Shown piece by piece: positions 25,343-34,759 of a stretch of 64,000 nt of DNA; position 1 is the stretch's first letter; each line of letters begins with the position of its first letter. The stretch lies in NCBI GenBank assembly GCA_021814615.1, contig JAKAHZ010000003.1, forward strand, positions 6,615-70,614. The letters are read 5' to 3'. Source of the DNA: Nitrospirota bacterium. GTDB taxonomy: Bacteria; Nitrospirota; UBA9217. A program made the translations under genes and the position numbers. The notes beneath the pieces were generated by a model that saw nothing but the letters and a program-made list of their open reading frames with translations, was not told the DNA's origin and did not search any database.

Positions 25343-26137
25343 TCAACCGATCTGGAAGCAGCGCATGGAGATCGATGCGTGCTGGAACCCTTCATGCGTG
25401 AACGTGAGCGGTTCTCCCTGTTCGCGCAGGGCGATGCTGTAGATCAGCGGGAGGTAGTGGTCCAGCGTCGGCACCGCCAGGGCGGATGAGGCAAGTTCTT
25501 CGTACCCCACAAGGGAAGTATCGTTCCGGCTGATGAGGGCGGTTTTCACCTCCTCGTCGAATTCCAGAGCCCAGTCGAGCGGCTCGGCGTCGACGTTCTC
25601 GAAGTCGATGATGCCCAGGTTGTGCACGATGTTGCCGCTGCCGATGATCAGCACGCCGCGGTCCCGGAGCGGAGCAAGCTCCTTGGCGAGCTCGTAGTGG
25701 TGACGGAGGGGCTTGGGGTTCCAGTCGTTGAAGGTGTAATCGAGGCTGAGCTGGAAGACCGGGATGTCCGCCCGGGGAAAGAGATGGAGCAGCACGGACC
25801 AGGTACCGTGGTCCAGGCCCCAGTCGAGCCTGCAGCCCACCGGCGCTTTCCTGACCAGACCGGCTGCGAATTCCGCCTCGTCGGGAGCGCCGGAGCAGGG
25901 ATAGTCTTTCGTGTAAAGCTCCCGAGGAAAACCGTAGAAGTCGTGGATGGTCCGTGGCTTTTCCATGCAGCCGACAAAGGTCCCGTCGGTGAGCCAGTGG
26001 GCGGAGATCGACAGGATCGCGCGCGGCCGCGGCAGCCGCTTCCCCCAGGCGGCGAGGCTGCGGGTGAAGCGATTGTCCGAGACGATGTTCATCGGCGAGC
26101 CGTGGCCGACGAAGAGCACCGGCATCTTTTCGCCCAT
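25343..26137 (-). CDS. 4,5-DOPA dioxygenase extradiol-like (LigB/YgiD family)
   Basis: MPVLFVGHGSPMN, ILSISAHW and IIGSGNIVHNL. AGGAGGG RBS before ATG 26137. Confidence 0.85.
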   Translation of the reverse strand: MGEKMPVLFVGHGSPMNIVSDNRFTRSLAAWGKRLPRPRAILSISAHWLTDGTFVGCMEKPRTIHDFYGFPRELYTKDYPCSGAPDEAEFAAGLVRKAPVGCRLDWGLDHGTWSVLLHLFPRADIPVFQLSLDYTFNDWNPKPLRHHYELAKELAPLRDRGVLIIGSGNIVHNLGIIDFENVDAEPLDWALEFDEEVKTALISRNDTSLVGYEELASSALAVPTLDHYLPLIYSIALREQGEPLTFTHEGFQHASISMRCFQIG

Positions 26138-26411
26138 GGTCAGCCCTCCTGGAACAAGTATACCAGCGATCAGTTGCGGAATCCTGAACCGGGGAACTGC
26201 GAAGGGGAGATGGACCCCCAAAAGCCTCTCACAGGAATATCACCGCAAAGGCGCGAAGTGCGCGAAGGAGTTCGAAAAGGATGGGTAACGAAAAAGAAGA
26301 TGATGAGACGGACACGATCCGATAAACGCAGAAGGATGATCCGGCGGCCTTCGCTGGAACGTCGGGGAAATTCAATTGACCGCTTCCCGCAAAAAGACTT
26401 ATCATTTCCTC

Positions 26412-28127
26412 ATGCATGCGTGGTTCGGAAAAATGCTGTTCGTCGACCTCTCTTCGCGAAGGATCGAAACACGAAAAATATCATCCGAAGTGCTGGAAGC
26501 CTGGCTCGGCGGGAGAGGGCTGGGCGTGCATCTCATGCGCGAGACGATCGGCTTCGATGCCTTTGACGAGCGCATGCTGATGCTTTTTTCCGTGGGACCG
26601 CTCTGCGGCACCGCCGCGCCCACGTCCTCGCGCCTTTCCGTGGTTTCCCGCTCCCCGCTGACCGGCACGATCTTCGACTCCTCGGTGGGCGGACATTTTC
26701 CGTTCAAACTGAAGCAGGCGGGATACGATGCGGTGGCGATCGCGGGCAGGGCAGCGAGTCCCGTGTATATCGAGATCATCGAGGACCGCGTCACGATCCG
26801 CGATGCGGCGGCGCTCCGGGGCAAGGGAACGGGCGAGGTGAACCGGATCCTGGAGAAGGACGGGCTTGTCGCCTGCATCGGCCCGGCAGGCGAGAACCGG
26901 GCGCGGATGGCGAATATCATGATCGGCGGGGCGAACTGCGTGGGCAGGGGCGGCATGGGCGCGGTGATGGGCGCGAAGAACCTGAAGGCCATCGTGGTGA
27001 ACGGCTCGAAGAAGCCCTCCCTTGCGGATCCCGCCTTGTTCAAGAAGGCTCATGACGATGTGATGCGGCTGCTCCGCGCATCGCCGGTGGTAATGGGCGA
27101 GCTGGGCCTCGCCGAGTTCGGCACCGGCGCCCTCGTGGACATCATGGAAGAGCGTCGCATGGCGCCGACGGAGAATTTCCGCAAGACCGTTTTCTCCGGC
27201 GCCCAGGCCTACTCCGGTCCCGCGATCAGGAAGCGCTACGGATCGAGGAAGGAAGGCTGCGCGGTCTGCCCCATCCAGTGCAAGAAGGTCACGTCCTGCG
27301 GCAGGCCGATCCCGGAATACGAGACGCTCTCCCATTTCGGCGGCCTGAACGCGAACGATGACGTTGAATCGATCATCAAGGCCAATCTCCTCTGCAACAC
27401 CCTGGGACTCGACACCATCTCCACCGCAGCGACCATCGCGGCTTACGGCGAGGCGCGCGGAGCGTTCCTCTCCGGCGACGCCATCCTGGACATGATCGCC
27501 AGGATCAGCAGGCGGGAGGGGGAAGGCGATGCGCTTGCCGAAGGATCGAAGCGGTACTGCGCATCAATCGGAAAGCCGGAGCTCTCGATGAGCGTCAAGG
27601 GGCTGGAGATCCCGGCCTATGACCCCCGCGGATCCTACGGCATGGCGCTTGCCTACGCAACGTCGAACCGCGGCGCCTGCCATTTGCGCGCCTATCCCAT
27701 CAGCCAGGAGATCCTGCGAAAACCCGTGGCAACGGACCGGTTCAGCTTCGACGGCAAGGCACGGCTGATCAAGATCTGCGAGGACACGAACGCAGTGGTT
27801 GATTCGCTCTCGGTCTGCAAGTTCGCCTTCCTCGGCGCGTCGGTGGAGGAATATGCCCAGATGCTTGCAGGCGCCTCGGGCGTTCCCTTCACCGGCCAGG
27901 GCCTGCTCAAGACCGGTGAGCGGATCGTGGACCGCGAACGCGAGTACAACGGGCTGAACGGATTTACGGATGATGACGACCTTCTTCCTGCCCGATTCTT
28001 CACTGATGACGGTTCATCGGGCGAAGGCATCGAGATCACAAAAATCGACAAAGATCGGTTTCGGGAAGAATTGGAGAGGTATCATAGAATAAGAAGCGGC
28101 GAACATGCTGGCAAGCCTGCAGGCTGA
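26412..28127 (+). CDS. aor: Aldehyde:ferredoxin oxidoreductase (tungstopterin AOR family)
   Basis: N-terminus GKMLFVDLSSRRIE...LGGRGLG, the cluster Cys region CAVCPIQC, and SNRGACHLRAY. Confidence 0.9.
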   Translation: MHAWFGKMLFVDLSSRRIETRKISSEVLEAWLGGRGLGVHLMRETIGFDAFDERMLMLFSVGPLCGTAAPTSSRLSVVSRSPLTGTIFDSSVGGHFPFKLKQAGYDAVAIAGRAASPVYIEIIEDRVTIRDAAALRGKGTGEVNRILEKDGLVACIGPAGENRARMANIMIGGANCVGRGGMGAVMGAKNLKAIVVNGSKKPSLADPALFKKAHDDVMRLLRASPVVMGELGLAEFGTGALVDIMEERRMAPTENFRKTVFSGAQAYSGPAIRKRYGSRKEGCAVCPIQCKKVTSCGRPIPEYETLSHFGGLNANDDVESIIKANLLCNTLGLDTISTAATIAAYGEARGAFLSGDAILDMIARISRREGEGDALAEGSKRYCASIGKPELSMSVKGLEIPAYDPRGSYGMALAYATSNRGACHLRAYPISQEILRKPVATDRFSFDGKARLIKICEDTNAVVDSLSVCKFAFLGASVEEYAQMLAGASGVPFTGQGLLKTGERIVDREREYNGLNGFTDDDDLLPARFFTDDGSSGEGIEITKIDKDRFREELERYHRIRSGEHAGKPAG

Positions 28128-28198
28128 CAAGCCGATCGGAGGACAAGCCTCCAGGCTGGCCGGCCCGCAGCGGGAGCGCGAAGGGGAAGGAGGAGGCC

Positions 28199-28639
28199 AT
28201 GAAACGTGCTGATCTCGTTGTTGACCGGTTCCTCGAAGGATTCTCGTGCGCGCAGGCCCTGCTGTCCGTGTACGGCGAGGGGGCAGGACTGGAGCGTGAC
28301 ACGGCGCTTCGTGTTGCCGGGGCCCTCGGCGGCGGCATGGCCCAGACCGGCGGGACCTGTGGCGCCGTGACCGGCGGCCTCCTGGTCATCGGCCTTGCGC
28401 ACGGCAAGGTGCGGCCCGATGACGCCGCCGCGAAGGAGCTCACCTACGGGCTGGCGCAGGAGTTCATGGACCTTTTCAAGAAGCGGAACGGCACGCTCGT
28501 CTGCCGCGAGCTTCTGGGCTGCGATGTCAGCACGCCGGAAGGACGAACGTTGGTAGCGGATCAGAAATTATACACCACGCGCTGTCCGCGCTTCGTCATC
28601 GATGCCGCAGAAATCCTGGAGGACCTGCTGCGCCGGTGA
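28199..28639 (+). CDS. C_GCAxxG_C_C family redox protein
   Basis: FSCAQALL and GGTCGAVTGG motifs plus C-terminal Cys residues. Confidence 0.85.
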   Translation: MKRADLVVDRFLEGFSCAQALLSVYGEGAGLERDTALRVAGALGGGMAQTGGTCGAVTGGLLVIGLAHGKVRPDDAAAKELTYGLAQEFMDLFKKRNGTLVCRELLGCDVSTPEGRTLVADQKLYTTRCPRFVIDAAEILEDLLRR

Positions 28640-28858
28640 GGCAGGACATCTCTCGCAAAGCTCGCAAGGGTCGCCAAAAAAGCAAAGCTCCTTATCTGTC
28701 ATTGCGAGGAGAGTAAGCGAGGAAGCAATCTCGTAGTTGGTTGGTGGTTATCCGCCGTCAGCCGTGTCCCCATGCTGTGATCCGTGTCAATCCGTCTTTA
28801 TCCGCGTCCCCTCCCTATTCCTGTCTCGATGTCATCGTGGCAACAGGAACTTCTCGGA

Positions 28859-29080
28859 TCATGCGGCCTTCCCTCGGTTCGCCGCAACGAGTTTCAGGAC
28901 CAGCAGCGCCCAGGGGATGCTGTGATAAACGAGATCGAACCGGTCGATCCCCCTGGTCAGGGTGCCGTTCATGAGCATGACGAGCTTTTCCCAGATATGG
29001 GGAGGATTGAACGGCGCAAGTCCCAGGGTCAGGCATCCCAGGATGACATAGCTCCACGGTAGTTTGTTCAGCACGCCCAT
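28859..29080 (-). CDS. Small hypothetical membrane protein
   Basis: Strong GGAGGGAG RBS and two hydrophobic helices. Confidence 0.5.
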   Translation of the reverse strand: MGVLNKLPWSYVILGCLTLGLAPFNPPHIWEKLVMLMNGTLTRGIDRFDLVYHSIPWALLVLKLVAANRGKAA

Positions 29081-29232
29081 TTCTCCCTCCCTGTCGGCGA
29101 AACCTCGTAGACGTCGCGGTCGCGTTTTTTCTACCTTACCACAATAAGGCTGCCCGGTCGAGCACAGGCCTCTTCCCCTCGTGCTATACTATAGATACAA
29201 GATAACAAAGCACCTGTATTGGAGGTGGACCT

Positions 29233-29454
29233 ATGTGGCTCAAGATCGTTCCCGATATCGAACTGAACATGGAAGTGCCGCTTCAGGGCGTAGATGAGAA
29301 TACCCGCGATTACGACGTGCAGCTTTACGAAAAGGTCGTTCGCGATGCCTTGATTGAGAAACTGAAAAAGGTCTTTGCCGAGGAAGACATCAATGTGTAC
29401 GCCGTGGATGTCGGCATCGCGCGGGAAAAGTATGTGAATGTGAAAGTTGCGTGA
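29233..29454 (+). CDS. Small hypothetical protein
   Basis: GGAGGTGG RBS 5 nt upstream. No domain recognised. Confidence 0.45.
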   Translation: MWLKIVPDIELNMEVPLQGVDENTRDYDVQLYEKVVRDALIEKLKKVFAEEDINVYAVDVGIAREKYVNVKVA

Positions 29455-29854
29455 AGAGGGGCGAGACACCTGCGGCTGCATGTGTTGCAAGGGTTTTGAC
29501 GCGCGGCGCGCAAGAGTGCGTTTGGGGCGAATATTCATGCCTTGAACTTTCTGTACTTCTTTTGTTGGACATTTCCTCATTTATGAGCCATTCGTTTTTC
29601 CGTCATTTACCATTCATCCTTTATTTCTTTCTCGTGTCAAAATATATTGCATTGCCTCGCATTGCGCGGCACGCAGACACAGGAGCAGCGCTTTCCTATG
29701 GAAACGTTGAGCGGTTGCAGAGTGCAACACGATAGCGAGTGCGTTTATCCCCGGCCGCCGACACAGTACGGGGTAGTGCATTATACTTAATAGATAGAGC
29801 TTCAATTATCCATTCAGCGAAGCTCAATAAAGCAATCAAACGGAGGACAGTTCC

Positions 29855-31315
29855 ATGGAGAGATTGAGAAAGAGATACGGTGTGATCATAGCGGCGATCA
29901 TCGCTGTGATGGCGGCTTACGCGGTGTGGGGGATCAGTCCCGCGCCTGCAAAGGAAAGAGCGGTTTCCGCAGAATCGAAAACGTTCCTGAACAAGATGAG
30001 CAACGCCCTGGCCGAAGTGGCTGAAACGGTAAAACCGTCGGTGGTCAACATATCGACGACCTCGACGGTGACCGTCGATAGCAACCCCTTCGGCGACATG
30101 TTCAATGATCCCTTCTTCCGCCGTTTCTTCGGCGATCAATTCGATCATCCCGGCGGTGGCGGCAAGCAGAAATTCAAATCCTCGGCCCTGGGATCGGGAG
30201 TGATCGTGTCCGAGGACGGTTATATTCTGACGAACAATCACGTGATCAAGGACGCTGACGAAATCAAGGTGCTTCTGACGGACAAGCGCGAGTTCAAGGG
30301 CAAGGTGGTCGGATCGGACCCGAAAACGGACCTCGCAGTGGTCAAGATCAACGCCAAGGGGCTTCCGGTGCTTCCCATTGCCGATTCCGAGACGCTCAAG
30401 ACGGGCGATATCGTCTTTGCCGTGGGCAATCCCTTCGGCCTGAACCAGACGATCACCATGGGCATCGTGAGCGCCGTGGGCAGGTCGAACGTGGGGATCG
30501 CCGATTATGAAGACTTCATTCAGACCGACGCGGCGATCAATCCCGGCAATTCGGGCGGCGCGCTGGTGAACGGGGAAGGAAAACTGGTGGGTATCAACAC
30601 GGCGATCTTCTCCACCAGCGGCGGCTATATGGGGATCGGTTTTGCCATTCCGTCGAACATGGCGCATACCGTCATGGACAGCATCATCAAGAACGGCAAG
30701 GTGATACGCGGATGGCTCGGCGTGAGCATCCAGAACCTGACCCCCGACCTGGCCGACCACTTCGGCATCAAGTCCGGCGAGGGCGCCCTGGTCTCCGACG
30801 TGATGAAGGACAGCCCCGCTGAGAAGGGCGGCATGAAGCGGAGCGACGTGATCGTGAAGTTCAACGGGAAAGCGGTGACCAATGCCACGACCTTGAGGAA
30901 CATGGCTGCGGACACCCCGCCCGGAAAGAGCGTGGAGATGGCCGTAATCCGCGACAAGGCTGAAAAGACCTTGACGGTGACGCTGGGCGAGATGCCCGGT
31001 CCGGCCAAGGCCGCGGTGAAAACCGAGCGGGAGAACGTGCTCAAGGGCGTTGCCGTTCAAGAGCTGACCCCGGAGTTGCGGAGCAGGATGCACATCCCTG
31101 ACGAGGTGAACGGCGTGCTCGTGAGCGCCGTGGCGGGGGACAGTCCCGCATCCGGGCTGGTACGGCGGGGCGATGTGATTCAGCAGTTGAATCAGCGGGA
31201 TATCGGGACGGTCGCCGATTTCGAGAAGGCTGCGGGAAGCATCAAATCGAAAGACACCGTGCTGGTGCTGATCTACCGCGAAGGCGGTTCGGTGTTCCTG
31301 ACGATCAAGCCCTGA
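29855..31315 (+). CDS. htrA: Periplasmic serine endoprotease DegP/HtrA (trypsin domain + 2 PDZ)
   Basis: Catalytic blocks TNNHV, DLAVVKI and GNSGGALV, followed by two PDZ domains. Confidence 0.9.
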   Translation: MERLRKRYGVIIAAIIAVMAAYAVWGISPAPAKERAVSAESKTFLNKMSNALAEVAETVKPSVVNISTTSTVTVDSNPFGDMFNDPFFRRFFGDQFDHPGGGGKQKFKSSALGSGVIVSEDGYILTNNHVIKDADEIKVLLTDKREFKGKVVGSDPKTDLAVVKINAKGLPVLPIADSETLKTGDIVFAVGNPFGLNQTITMGIVSAVGRSNVGIADYEDFIQTDAAINPGNSGGALVNGEGKLVGINTAIFSTSGGYMGIGFAIPSNMAHTVMDSIIKNGKVIRGWLGVSIQNLTPDLADHFGIKSGEGALVSDVMKDSPAEKGGMKRSDVIVKFNGKAVTNATTLRNMAADTPPGKSVEMAVIRDKAEKTLTVTLGEMPGPAKAAVKTERENVLKGVAVQELTPELRSRMHIPDEVNGVLVSAVAGDSPASGLVRRGDVIQQLNQRDIGTVADFEKAAGSIKSKDTVLVLIYREGGSVFLTIKP

Positions 31316-31343
31316 ACGCGCACCGCAGCGACGAATCGATGCA

Positions 31344-31377
31344 TCCCCTCATCCGTTCCGGGTGAGGGGATTTTTTT
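31344..31377 (+). terminator. htrA rho-independent terminator (overlaps the 3' codons of the convergent gene)
   Basis: TCCCCTCATCCG-TTC-CGGGTGAGGGGA followed by TTTTTTT. Confidence 0.7.
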
Positions 31378-32557
31378 GTTGCTGCTGCAGCCGGTCCAGG
31401 AGATCGAAGTAGGCCTGTCTGCAGCGGTTCTCGGCATCGGCCATCCTGGCAAAGGCCTCGCCGAAACCGGTCCTCCCGGCGGCAAAGATCCCGTGGCCAT
31501 AGACGATGCAGACGCCCTGGCCGGCGATCGCCTGCGGCACGGATTTCGCCAGGCCGCCGGTTCCCGTTTCCCCCGCGACGACGGGGATGCCGGCCACGGA
31601 CCGCTTCCGGTCGCAAAACCGGTTGCAGTCCTTGACGGCGCAGTCCTTTTCCTCGCAGAACATGGACATAATCACGCTGAACTTGGGATGGCCGTGCAGG
31701 ATGGCCCGAAAATCCGTTGCCCGGTAGATCGCCCGGTGAGCGGGAAGCTCCGAGGATGCGGAGAGGCCGGCGGTGGACGAGTAGTCGAGGGGCACCGGAT
31801 CGATGTGGCCTTCCAGCTCGTCAAGCGACGATGCCGTCTGGCTGATATGGATCGTCGTTCCGTCGAAGTAGCTGATATTGCCGAAAAAGGAGTCCACGAA
31901 GCCCTTTTCCACCGTATACCTGCCGACGCGGCAGATTTCGCCGCGGATCGCATCGCGGATAGGCGGAAGCTCGCCGCTGAAGGAAAGACCGGACAAATCG
32001 GATTCCTTCAGCCAGTTCCGGCGAAAATCCGCGAAGGCTTCACGCTCGCCGGGAAACCGAAACCCTTCGGTCAACAGATCCAGCAGGTACTTGACGAAGG
32101 TGGTGTGGAAGATGGTGGAGAACCCGATGAAGGCCTGCTCCACGGTGACCGCGCCGGTGGCGACAACGCCCAGATCCTCGATAATGACCGCTTTTCGCTC
32201 CTTGAGGCTCTCGATGATCAACGGCGCACGTCCGGCCGGCGGACGATCCTCCCAGTCCGAACGCCTGATAAAGGGGATGTCATGCAGGAACACGCGGGTC
32301 TCGCTGTCGTTGGGCACGAGCTTGCTGTTGGCGGGGCCGGCGCGGCGGATCAGGAGGTCGGCAAAGGGAAGGCTGGTTCTGGCAAAGCAGATCGCCGTGA
32401 TGTCCAGGCCGCCGAAGACCTGGGTGAAGAGCGGCGTCCACTCGTCCTGGGCGCTGGCGGTAACCGCATCATCGAGCCGGAAGAACCGGATGCTTGCGGG
32501 ATCTGCAGTCCCGTCGCGCAGGAGCTTGGCGGTGTATTTGGCGAACTGATCGGTCAT
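31349..32557 (-). CDS. Class II aldolase/adducin-domain protein with an uncharacterised N-terminal domain
   Basis: The C-terminal half has FFGNISYF, SSELPAHRAIY, ILHGHP and VYGHGIFAAG blocks of the class II aldolase fold. Its ATG overlaps the upstream stop (ATGA). Confidence 0.75.
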   Translation of the reverse strand: MTDQFAKYTAKLLRDGTADPASIRFFRLDDAVTASAQDEWTPLFTQVFGGLDITAICFARTSLPFADLLIRRAGPANSKLVPNDSETRVFLHDIPFIRRSDWEDRPPAGRAPLIIESLKERKAVIIEDLGVVATGAVTVEQAFIGFSTIFHTTFVKYLLDLLTEGFRFPGEREAFADFRRNWLKESDLSGLSFSGELPPIRDAIRGEICRVGRYTVEKGFVDSFFGNISYFDGTTIHISQTASSLDELEGHIDPVPLDYSSTAGLSASSELPAHRAIYRATDFRAILHGHPKFSVIMSMFCEEKDCAVKDCNRFCDRKRSVAGIPVVAGETGTGGLAKSVPQAIAGQGVCIVYGHGIFAAGRTGFGEAFARMADAENRCRQAYFDLLDRLQQQQKNPLTRNG

Positions 32558-34050
32558 AATTCCGTGCTCCTGTAAACGAAGAAATCCTCCGTTTCATGGT
32601 GCAAGATATAAGAGCTCTCGATAATGTCCGAAAAAAGCCGCAGTGCCGTCCCTTCCTTGGGAATGATCAGGTACGAGACGTTGTCAACGAATGTCGGTTT
32701 CCGGTAGTAGCGGGTCGCGATCGCCCAATCGATTGAAATATGGCTTCGATCCATGAGGGGAAACATGAGATGTTCCGGCACCATGACGGTTTCCAGCCGC
32801 TGCGGCTCGGGAAGAGCATCGCTGATCTCGATGATCTGCCGCAGATATTCGGGACGGATCTGCTGCCTTCCCGTGAGGATCCCGAAATGGTAGGAGAGCG
32901 AAGACGCGTTCAGGCCTCCGAGTGCGGGGAGGCCTGTCATGATGGCCGCCGAGAGGACGATTGAGTAAGCGAGCGTCCGGGCGGAAAGCAGCAAAGCTCC
33001 TTCTTGTGCGCGCTGTGCCAGGGCGATGGCAAGGGTGATAAATAGCACCGGAGGAATGATTGTATGACCCCAGAGCCAAGAAAGCGCCGACCCGTAGACG
33101 ACCATGTCGATGAGCGTCCGTGCCGCAATCAGGGCTGCAGTGAAACCTACGAAATAGATGGCCGTGCGGCGGTTGCCGATCACTGGCATGAGGAAGGGGG
33201 CCAGGGGAAGAAGGTAGAGCAGTGAAACCACAAGCAGCGACGGCAGCACGGGCAGCGAGGGAGCGTGAAGGTTCACGCTCACGTGCTGGTATTCGTTCCG
33301 CTGTCGGTAGAAAAAAAGGACCGCCAGCGAAAGCGCGCTGGCAGCCAGATAGGTCACTGCTATAGAAAGGACGTGTCGTCTGTCCGGCCAGACGGAACCG
33401 TACAGGAATCGGTAGCTCATCAGGAGCCAGAGGAAGAGAGCAGGCAGGAGCGGGATGTACTCTTCCTTCGTCCAGACGATGAAGAGCATCGAGAGGATCG
33501 TGGCGGGCGCATTGCGGGCGAAGAATGCCATTGCCAGGAGCATTAGTCCCGGCGCCAGCAGGCAATCGGGCTGGAACAGGAACTTGCCATACCCGAGCGC
33601 GCATTGGAGCACGAGGGGATGGCAAAGATAGGCGAGGGCGAGGGCGACGGAGAGTGTCGGTCCCGCAGGATCGTTCGTGGCGGCGAAGAGACGGCGCATG
33701 AAGCGGTAGAAGACGAATGCGGAGATGAACCAGCTGAACAGACCGGCATAGAGCAGGACGAGCGGCGAGCGAAAGACCCCGACAGCGGGAGCAAGGAGAT
33801 AGAGCGTGAGGTATGCGTGGTTGCCGAAGAGATGTTCGAATACCGGCCCTTCCCAGGCGCCGTAACCGTCAATAAAGTTCCGCAGTGCTGAATAGTAATG
33901 AAAACCGTCGCCGGTGAACGCGCCCCGGAAGTAGGACGCTGTCACCAGTGCCCCGAGGACAAGGAGGAAGAAAATGCCGGTAAGAAGGGCGGCCGGCTGT
34001 TCGGCGCCATCGCGGTTGTGTGATCTATATGTCGGCGGAGGTTCGATCAT
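32554..34050 (-). CDS. Large polytopic membrane protein (DUF2079/GT-C-like; function unknown)
   Basis: At least 12 hydrophobic helices followed by a soluble C-terminal domain. ATG 34050 lies next to the upstream stop (TGAcATG). Confidence 0.65.
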   Translation of the reverse strand: MIEPPPTYRSHNRDGAEQPAALLTGIFFLLVLGALVTASYFRGAFTGDGFHYYSALRNFIDGYGAWEGPVFEHLFGNHAYLTLYLLAPAVGVFRSPLVLLYAGLFSWFISAFVFYRFMRRLFAATNDPAGPTLSVALALAYLCHPLVLQCALGYGKFLFQPDCLLAPGLMLLAMAFFARNAPATILSMLFIVWTKEEYIPLLPALFLWLLMSYRFLYGSVWPDRRHVLSIAVTYLAASALSLAVLFFYRQRNEYQHVSVNLHAPSLPVLPSLLVVSLLYLLPLAPFLMPVIGNRRTAIYFVGFTAALIAARTLIDMVVYGSALSWLWGHTIIPPVLFITLAIALAQRAQEGALLLSARTLAYSIVLSAAIMTGLPALGGLNASSLSYHFGILTGRQQIRPEYLRQIIEISDALPEPQRLETVMVPEHLMFPLMDRSHISIDWAIATRYYRKPTFVDNVSYLIIPKEGTALRLFSDIIESSYILHHETEDFFVYRSTEL

Positions 34051-34051
34051 G

Positions 34052-34660
34052 TCAGCCGAGAGCCTCTGCGGCGACCTTCTCCAGGGAAATGCCGTACCGG
34101 CTTTCGATGTGGTCAAAGAGGGCGCGAACCCGGCGGTGAGACCGGTCCACGGTAGCGAGGAATAAGGGATTATGGGGATAGCGCCTGGCGAGGGAGGCGA
34201 AGCGCGCGTCGATGGTCGTGGGCCGGTCGAGCTCCACCACGCTGTCGATCACGGGAATCATCCGCTCTTCGAGCGTGCGGGGAAGGAAGTCCCGGTCCGG
34301 AAGGCCGAATTGCAGGGCTTCCCGGCGCGAAAGGCCGCACTGAATGTGGCAGACGCAGACGAACGCTTCCCGGTGATGGCCGAGGGAGGACAGGAACCGG
34401 AAACCCTCCACGCCATGCAGGACGGGATCCTGGGTCTTGTGCCTGCCGATGTCATGCACCAGCGCGGCCACGCGCAGGAATTCCCGATCCACGGGGCTGC
34501 GATCAGCCAGCAGCTCGCCGGCCCGTTCGGCAACCCGCGCGGCGGCGCGGCAATGGCGTGTCCACAGCGCATCGCCGCCAAGGCGGTCAACAAGCGCGAG
34601 CGCTGCGGGGAAGGAGAGGCCCGTGCCGGGATGCTCTTCTTGAAGGAGCGGATTGTTCAT
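34052..34660 (-). CDS. HD-domain metal-dependent phosphohydrolase
   Basis: H...HDIGRH motif. Confidence 0.8.
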   Translation of the reverse strand: MNNPLLQEEHPGTGLSFPAALALVDRLGGDALWTRHCRAAARVAERAGELLADRSPVDREFLRVAALVHDIGRHKTQDPVLHGVEGFRFLSSLGHHREAFVCVCHIQCGLSRREALQFGLPDRDFLPRTLEERMIPVIDSVVELDRPTTIDARFASLARRYPHNPLFLATVDRSHRRVRALFDHIESRYGISLEKVAAEALG

Positions 34661-34759
34661 TCTGTGACGTCAGCTTACCATATACATTGCCGGCGGGGCA
34701 ATGCTATAATCCGACCGTGTTATAATCTGGGCAAGGCCTTGCACACGAAAGGATCTCCC

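Noticed and set aside
29451-29735. 94-aa ORF in the htrA upstream region
   Set aside because: No RBS and an implausible composition. The region looks like a promoter or spacer.
34172-34759. N-terminal 196 codons of ORF 34172-34894
   Set aside because: This stretch is antisense to the well-supported HD-domain gene. The real reductase begins at ATG 34760 (MKDYDVIIIGSGAGA).
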